From Phallusia mammillata (Eukaryota), in NCBI GenBank assembly GCA_965637545.1, contig OZ281501.1:6572001-6636000 (forward strand): a stretch of DNA of 64,000 bases. Direction: 5' to 3'. Both the position numbers and the translations under genes were made by a program. Shown here piece by piece: positions 61,712 through 64,000 of this stretch. Each line of letters starts with the position of its first letter. The first letter of the stretch is position 1. The notes under the pieces are model-generated. The model saw only the letters and a program-made list of their open reading frames with translations. It had not been told where the DNA came from and ran no database searches.

Positions 61712-64000
61712 CATATTGCGCAGCGGTTGTTTCGATACCACACCTCACACCCCCTGGAATCGCCTAAGTCAACATTTATTTCCATCTATCACCAAAACAG
61801 AACATTGACCGCCTTGTCCACATTATCGCCCAAGCGCTTATTGTTTTTGGGTCTCACAAATTTGTGGGTGTGTGACCCTGAACAAACACCCCCTATTTGT
61901 GTCGTTTGCCACCACACTTGTATGACCTGGCGAGAAGCGGCAAGCCCCGGAAAAAGTCTCGGGCAAAGATCGCGCCTCGCTTCACGGCCTTCAACTGCCG
62001 CTGTTTTTCGAAATGCCGTCGAAATGCTTCCCCGCATTGCTAGTGAAACTTCAACACAACAAAATTGACCCTTTATCTTCAAAAAGGCAGAAATAGGCAA
62101 ATATGGAAATGTGTAAAATTTTTAGTGCTGTAAACAGTGTTACATGCGCTTGGGAAAATGAATAAAAAAAAACTTTTCCTATACCTTGTTAAAAACTTTT
62201 CCAAAAAAGCTAGATCATTTTTACCCAAATTCTAGTTTACTGAAAAAAACTTGCAAATCATAAGCTATGTATAGGAGTTGGTCTATTTAGTTGCATCACT
62301 CTAACCAAAACCCTTATCTAAAAAAACAGTTTCTTGTATTTTTTTGACCATATAAAAGTCCTATATACTGCATACAAAAAAATTTATAAATGCAGAAAAT
62401 AAGACCCCTGAAATGTGAAAACTTTGTCGCGTAAGGTAATATGGAATGTAAAGCTTTGATACAATTTGACAATACAAAGATACTCGTTACTATTACCTCA
62501 TGTAAACTAATTCAGCAAAATGATATTGATTTTGTCGCAATGATATAAGTGAAATATTAATTATTTGGAACTGTTGTTCAATGTTTAAAATGAGACTGGT
62601 TGTACCTATTCCACTACATTCCATGGCCAAACAGGGTCATACAAAGTCGGTTTGAAATTGGGTCGTAAACAACCCTTTATTTCAAAGCTAAAATTGTCAC
62701 TAGTCCTGTACGTTTTGCATTTTTGTGTTGCTTAAGCCACGTTTCAACGTATTCCACAGGTAATGCGATGTTTTCAGGAGTTAATCTTCATGTACATCTT
62801 GTTCTGGTGGTGTAACGAATTCAAGATTTATCCGTGGATAAAATAACATTTGTTTAGCGAACAAAACCTAGGTAATAATTTCGTTCATTCCAGCTCTAAA
62901 AACAAGCCTGATGGGCGGCCAAATTGCAGCAGGCACATGAACACCTGCGTCTTGGCCCCAGCGGTACCAATGACGCATATGAAATAGCGATCAATCGACG
63001 GGCCAAGACCACTGAGTGTGACAAATTCGCGACTCCGGGCAAGTATTAGATATCCCCCGGATCGAAGCCATGTTGACACGGGCACTGTGTTTTGCTTTCG
63101 CGCTGCCCAGGAATGTGTCAATCACGTAGTCTTGCCTTGTGCGGAACGTGCGCGCATCTGGCAAATCGCCACATTTGTTTGCCTAAATCGACCAGGGAGC
63201 AAAGATACGCTATTACCCTGCGTTGTCCGCAAATGTTTCCATATCATGTGTTGCAAAAGTGCATGGGGTCATTTGATACGTGCTGCCAGTTGACGTAATA
63301 GTTCGTTTCACAGGTGGACATAAAGTAGGACGCAAGCTGCAAGTTTTTTATGCAAGAGACTTTAAGTGTATCATGTTGTTGCGGCCTAACTGAAACGACC
63401 CTATATATAGGTAACATACATCTGTTAAAACAAAAAACTGAATCACAGACAAAGTTTCATGCCAGAAATAGTGCAAATTACTACTAAGTTATATTAAAAA
63501 CATGTTGCAAAGAGCTCAACAAAAGGTATTTTACCTTTTTCACACAAATTATATTAACCTATACAGCTTAAAAGATCAGAAGTAAACTCTCGTTTCATAA
63601 AGATAGCTACTGTTCAATCAAAATGGCGCCACGCCTAAATATATTTAATCTGTCCCTGGCCGTAACTTATAACAAGGAGTAGGCGACGCTTGTGCGCTAC
63701 CACGCGGTAATAACCGTCTACCTGAGCCGCAGCCCAGAAGCAAGTGCAAACACGGGGCCATCAGACAACAATACCTCGCTCTATGTATGAGCGATGGGCG
63801 GCAATACACGAACAATACAAGTCATTGTAATTAAACAGTTTGATTTGCCCTGCGGTGGGCGACCCACGCACAACGCCAGTACTGAGATTGTATCCTTTGT
63901 TGCGATAATAAATGAATTAGCCAGTTCCTGTGGTACAATACCCCATTACCTGCGGTCTCGTGGCACGACGAGCACATATTACAGGCATTTAAATGACTTT

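Noticed and set aside
27000-64000. Enrichment of TEAD (CATTCC/GGAATG) sites around the CCN genes
   Set aside because: About 16 found by eye in 37 kb, close to the roughly 14 expected for a 6-mer at this composition.

Overview
Eukaryotic, AT-rich, intron-rich genomic DNA from an invertebrate animal; compact GT-AG introns and the gene set suggest an invertebrate chordate such as an ascidian (inference). No prokaryotic features. (1) 511-17407 (+): a 28-exon nephrocystin-3 (NPHP3) orthologue of about 1322 aa. Its introns carry hAT MITEs with 8-bp TSDs, tRNA-derived SINE fragments and a Penelope-type minimal hammerhead motif. (2) About 17650-26430: a composite repeat present as two head-to-tail monomers. 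Each is a palindrome-rich ~175-bp tandem array, a 17-bp array and a ~620-bp tail containing a hammerhead ribozyme motif, with nested hAT elements. (3) 34007-40422 (+): a complete four-domain CCN (CYR61/CTGF/NOV family) gene with a CRE-CRE-TATA promoter and a near-canonical GUC hammerhead antisense in intron 4. (4) 44388-44840 (-): an orphan exon encoding a putatively myristoylated/palmitoylated protein. (5) 49695-54941 (+): a second CCN paralogue that appears to encode only signal peptide + TSP1 + cystine knot and has lost both cysteines of one disulfide. Best candidates for novelty are this natural half-CCN and the five hammerhead motifs (four with intact cores, one degenerate). All exon and structure calls were made by eye, without database searches or folding software.
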